Shown: positions 60,356-64,000 of the stretch, piece after piece
Position numbering within the stretch: the stretch's first letter is position 1
How the letters are laid out: each line of letters starts with the position of its first letter
Sequence record: PV754031.1
Direction: 5' to 3' (one strand)
Length of the DNA: 64,000 nucleotides
Made by a program: the position numbers and the translations under genes
The notes under the pieces: model-generated
Seen by the model: the letters and a program-made list of their open reading frames with translations, nothing else
Told to the model about the DNA's origin: nothing
Database searches by the model: none

Positions 60356-62725
60356 ATGGCAAATGCTACAGACAAAGGCAAGATCAGTCAACTGCCGGAT
60401 CTAGCTACTCTTAACGATAGCGAGTATATTGAATTAATTCATACCGATGCAGCTGGTCAAGTCGATAACTATAAGTTTCTGCTGTCAAAACTACAGACTG
60501 GAGCACCCGGTCTTAGTGCGTACGAGATTGCCGTTAAAAATGGTTTCCAGGGAACTGAAACCGAATGGCTTGATTCGCTTAAAGGTAAATCTTCTTATCA
60601 AATCGCAGTCGATCTAGGTTTCGTTGGTACTGAAGAAGAGTTTATAGCATCCCTTAAAGGTGATGCTGGTAAGAGTGCATATGAAGTAGCTGTGGAAAAT
60701 GGTTTCCAAGGTACTGAACAGGAATGGTTAACATCACTGCATGCAACCATGACTGCTGAACTACTCCAGACACTCTTAAATCAACAAGGCTATACAGTTA
60801 AAGATGTACTGCGTGTAACTGGTAAGAATGGTGGATTATCATCCAACGCTGCTTTCCATAACTTTGCTTTCCTGTTTGATAAGCGCCTAAATCAAGATGA
60901 CTTAACCGCTGGTGATAAAGTACCACAGCGTATGATGGAACAAGGCCGTATGGAAGCAGAAGGTTATTCTTATCTAAAGAACGCCTCTGCACCCACTACG
61001 CAAGGTGCATTACCCGAATTACCTGAGTCTGAAATTCGTATTTACGACAATGGTGAATTCCAGATTGGTAGTTTAACTGATTACATTGCATTCAAGAATG
61101 ACGGCAATATCCGTATTGTTGAAGGCGCTGATGAATCAACTGTTGATCTTAAGAACCTTCCTAAAAATGAAGGTATTAGTGGCGGTGTATTCGTCAAAGA
61201 TGTACAAGCAACTGACCCCAGTCAGAACGTAGGTAGTATTGTGCGTACCCCCGATGGGCACAGCGTACAGTCATGCCTATCAACTACTAGTAATGTTCGA
61301 GTTATCGTTGATGTAATAACTGGACATTCTAGTTATGTACCTAGTGTTAAAATCAATAACATAGATGCAGTTGTAACTCCTGGCGTTAATCCACCTATGT
61401 GGATTGCTACTGCCGATATTGATCTTGGTGCACCCACTACTGAAGGTTATGCTGATATTGTTGTAGAACACGCCGATGGGGCTAAATTCACTACTAAGGT
61501 ATTAGCCGATACTCCCGCTAATATTACTAGTGCTGTATTTACTGGCGGTTATCCGTTAGGTCAAACAGAACTTAAAGAAGATGACCTTGTTGCAATTAAA
61601 GTAGTTACTGATGAAAATATAGTAGCATACGAAATTGCTGACTTTGGTGCACTGAAAGAAAGTAGTGGTACTGTTGCACCTACTAAAGAACTAGAGGTTA
61701 CTGGTCTTTACGTAGCTGACCGTGGTAATACTACTAAGGCATATGGTTTCCGTGTACGTGTTCAGAAATCCACTGGTTCATGGTCAGAATGGTTTACTTC
61801 CAGTGATGCTGGTTCCGAAGATAAAATTAACACCATGCAGTTAAACGATCTTCGCCCAGTTGTTAATATTGGTCAAGTAACTTATCCGTCTGGTCAAAGT
61901 GCTATTAAAGTAGGTGAAACTGCTACTGTAGCCAATACAGTATCTAATGCTGATAGTGTGGTTTATTCCTCACCAAATGATCAGCTCACTATAACCAGTG
62001 CAAATGAAGCAGAAATTGCTAAGGTAGTTACTTATAAGTCTGGTACTTATAACGACAGCACTAATAACCTATTAATTACTGCTAAACGTGCAGCTAATGG
62101 TAGTGTAGCTACGGCTACTGCTGTTGTAGCTATTGCAAATGCGGCTCCTACTGCAACGGTTACCTATCCAGCAGCTCGCCTTCGCTCAGGTGGTAACTTT
62201 GGAACCCAAGTACAAAGTCATGTCATTACTTTAACCTCTACTCAGAAACTAAGTGCAGCTCCGGCCATGAATGCGCCTGGCGGTAAGTGGGCTACTGAGG
62301 ATTGGAAATCTGACGCCACTGGTAAGGTATGGACACGTGCGTTACTAGTACATGACGATGATCCTAAAGGAACCTACGATTTTAACAGTGTGGTTCTAAA
62401 AGGTTTAGCTGGTGTTGAAGCTAATAGTGTAAATGGTGGTACTTACGTACTAGGTGGATTTGTATTCCGCACTCTAAGTGTGGCTGCTTGGCCGAACCGT
62501 GAAACTGATATTGGTACTGAAGTAACCAATACTGGTAAACTACGTTGCAGTAACCTATCTAAAGGTTCTACTGGTAGCTTAAACTTCACTTATAAGGCGG
62601 ACGATGCAAATCAAGTTGACACCTACACCATCAAGGATGGCAATAAGTGGTATAACTGTGACTCAGCAAACGCTGTATCCAATACCACTGGACTGATGAA
62701 AATCGAACTTGAGGAAGTAGTATAA
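60356..62725 (+). CDS. Virion fibre/appendage protein (gp145-like, 789 aa)
   Basis: N-terminal KISQLP segment, three SAY..AV..GF.GTE.EWL.SL repeats, Ig-like beta-rich C-terminal region. Confidence 0.75.
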   Translation: MANATDKGKISQLPDLATLNDSEYIELIHTDAAGQVDNYKFLLSKLQTGAPGLSAYEIAVKNGFQGTETEWLDSLKGKSSYQIAVDLGFVGTEEEFIASLKGDAGKSAYEVAVENGFQGTEQEWLTSLHATMTAELLQTLLNQQGYTVKDVLRVTGKNGGLSSNAAFHNFAFLFDKRLNQDDLTAGDKVPQRMMEQGRMEAEGYSYLKNASAPTTQGALPELPESEIRIYDNGEFQIGSLTDYIAFKNDGNIRIVEGADESTVDLKNLPKNEGISGGVFVKDVQATDPSQNVGSIVRTPDGHSVQSCLSTTSNVRVIVDVITGHSSYVPSVKINNIDAVVTPGVNPPMWIATADIDLGAPTTEGYADIVVEHADGAKFTTKVLADTPANITSAVFTGGYPLGQTELKEDDLVAIKVVTDENIVAYEIADFGALKESSGTVAPTKELEVTGLYVADRGNTTKAYGFRVRVQKSTGSWSEWFTSSDAGSEDKINTMQLNDLRPVVNIGQVTYPSGQSAIKVGETATVANTVSNADSVVYSSPNDQLTITSANEAEIAKVVTYKSGTYNDSTNNLLITAKRAANGSVATATAVVAIANAAPTATVTYPAARLRSGGNFGTQVQSHVITLTSTQKLSAAPAMNAPGGKWATEDWKSDATGKVWTRALLVHDDDPKGTYDFNSVVLKGLAGVEANSVNGGTYVLGGFVFRTLSVAAWPNRETDIGTEVTNTGKLRCSNLSKGSTGSLNFTYKADDANQVDTYTIKDGNKWYNCDSANAVSNTTGLMKIELEEVV

Positions 62726-64000
62726 TGGCTTCTGCATTTGAAGATTATGTAAACGGGGAACTCCCCAAACGGGTATCATCAATTGATGAACCCACTTCTG
62801 TAGTTAATGGACACATCCCGGTTTCTACCGGGGTGGGTCTTAATACCACTTTCGTTGATCCTGTTACTATACCTGGATTAAAGGGTGAAGATGGTCAGCC
62901 GGGTAAAGATGGCGATCAAGGTCCCCCTGGCCCAGTTGGTCCGGCTATTAACATTATCGCTAATGTTGATCTAGCAACATTCGAACAAGATATTAAACCA
63001 TTAGATACGCATAATGTCGGTGATGCTTGGTTCGTTGAAGATCGGCTATGGGTATGGGAATCACCGCTAGGTAATGAAGATCCCCCTGTAAAAGGTCGTT
63101 GGGTTGAAACAGGTTCACTTCGTGGTCCAGATGGTACTGGTCTGGTTATCCGTGGTCGTTGGCCTAATAACTTAGAATTACCTAAGACTGAAAGTAATAA
63201 ACCTGGAGATGCTTACTCATGGAATAATCAACTCTGGGCGTGGATGCTTATCTCAGGTAATAATCCGCCAGAGAATCCAACTATTGATGACTATGATTGG
63301 TTCCCAGTTACACCACAGGGTGAACGTGGACCTGAGGGCCCTGAGGGTCCGCAAGGTAAAGATGGTGAAATTGGTCCTGAAGGTCCTCAGGGTGAACCAG
63401 CAATGCCGTTTACCATTAAGGATTCGCTACCATCACCAGCTGATTTACCTGATCCATCTGTAGCTAAAGAATCAGAAGCATACTTAGTTACTATGGAAGC
63501 TGGTAAACCAGAACATCTATTCATCTTTGTAAAAGGGGCATGGTCAGACCTAGGTACTTTCCAAGGCCCTGAGGGCCCACAAGGTAAACCAGGTAATACA
63601 GGTGATCCGGGTCCCGATGGTAAACAAGGTGAACCTGGTCCACAAGGTCGTAACTTAGAAGTAGTTAAAGCAGTTGAAACTGCTGATGATCTATTAACCA
63701 CCACTGGTGTAGAACAATACCAAGGTGTTTCAGTACGTTCCACCAATACGGTTTATGTACTGACTGGCCAAGATCCGACTGTTGATATCTCATGGACAGC
63801 CATGGGTTCATTCCGTGGCCCGCAGGGCCCTGAAGGTCCGCAAGGTGAAGATGGCGAACAAGGTCTACCTGGTGAACCAGGGGCACAAGGTAAATCGGCT
63901 TTCCAAGTAGCATTGGACAATGGCTTCACTGGTACTGAGGGTGAATGGTTAATCAGTCTACATGGTAAGAACGTAGTTATTACTGGTGCTGTTGCCAATG
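62725..64000 (+). CDS. Collagen-like fibre protein (gp146-like), 5' part; runs off window
   Basis: TAATG overlap; MASAFEDYVNGELPKR...; several G-X-Y runs (GPEGPEGPQGKDGEIGPEGPQG) and a SAFQVALDNGFTGTEGEWLISL repeat; no stop before 64000. Confidence 0.85.
   Translation, partial: MASAFEDYVNGELPKRVSSIDEPTSVVNGHIPVSTGVGLNTTFVDPVTIPGLKGEDGQPGKDGDQGPPGPVGPAINIIANVDLATFEQDIKPLDTHNVGDAWFVEDRLWVWESPLGNEDPPVKGRWVETGSLRGPDGTGLVIRGRWPNNLELPKTESNKPGDAYSWNNQLWAWMLISGNNPPENPTIDDYDWFPVTPQGERGPEGPEGPQGKDGEIGPEGPQGEPAMPFTIKDSLPSPADLPDPSVAKESEAYLVTMEAGKPEHLFIFVKGAWSDLGTFQGPEGPQGKPGNTGDPGPDGKQGEPGPQGRNLEVVKAVETADDLLTTTGVEQYQGVSVRSTNTVYVLTGQDPTVDISWTAMGSFRGPQGPEGPQGEDGEQGLPGEPGAQGKSAFQVALDNGFTGTEGEWLISLHGKNVVITGAVAN

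Noticed and set aside
63209-63998. Antisense and alternative-frame ORFs at the right end
   Set aside because: Shadows of the collagen-like gene that starts at 62725 and is missing from the track only because it runs off the window.

Overview
This is a 64 kb AT-rich segment of a phiKZ-like Pseudomonas jumbo phage (Phikzvirus, nucleus-forming Chimalliviridae), colinear with roughly phiKZ gp88-gp146. The identification rests on sequences I recognise from memory: the KZ144-type endolysin, 747-aa major capsid protein, 543-aa non-virion RNAP subunit, DnaB-like helicase, portal and 771-aa gp131. All other gp numbers are inferred by counting genes from these anchors, not from a database search. Left to right the window holds: internal-head protein genes with S/A/G-x-E protease sites (1.2-14.4 kb); neck/tail structural genes (14.5-19.5 kb); an early accessory island with TATATTAC promoters, many small membrane proteins, a DarG-like macrodomain and an orphan HigA-like HTH (19.9-27.8 kb); a hairpin-dense non-coding island (27.8-28.4 kb); helicase, capsid and nvRNAP genes; baseplate, portal and tail-fibre genes; a 2OG-Fe(II) oxygenase-like pair; RuvC; an overlapped spanin pair; endolysin; and collagen-like fibre genes. 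The most striking unexplained signal is at the capsid gene. Its TGA is followed in frame by a 26-codon open tail (AGKGYRYLENGTIRYLEDGNARKLEE) that ends just before the terminator. That tail shares a perfect 30-nt match, and an R-x-L-E-[ND]-G triple repeat, with the C-terminus of the gp143-like virion protein 25.6 kb away. This suggests a programmed UGA read-through capsid variant carrying a docking tag. No tRNA, rRNA, CRISPR array, intron or intein was recognised.
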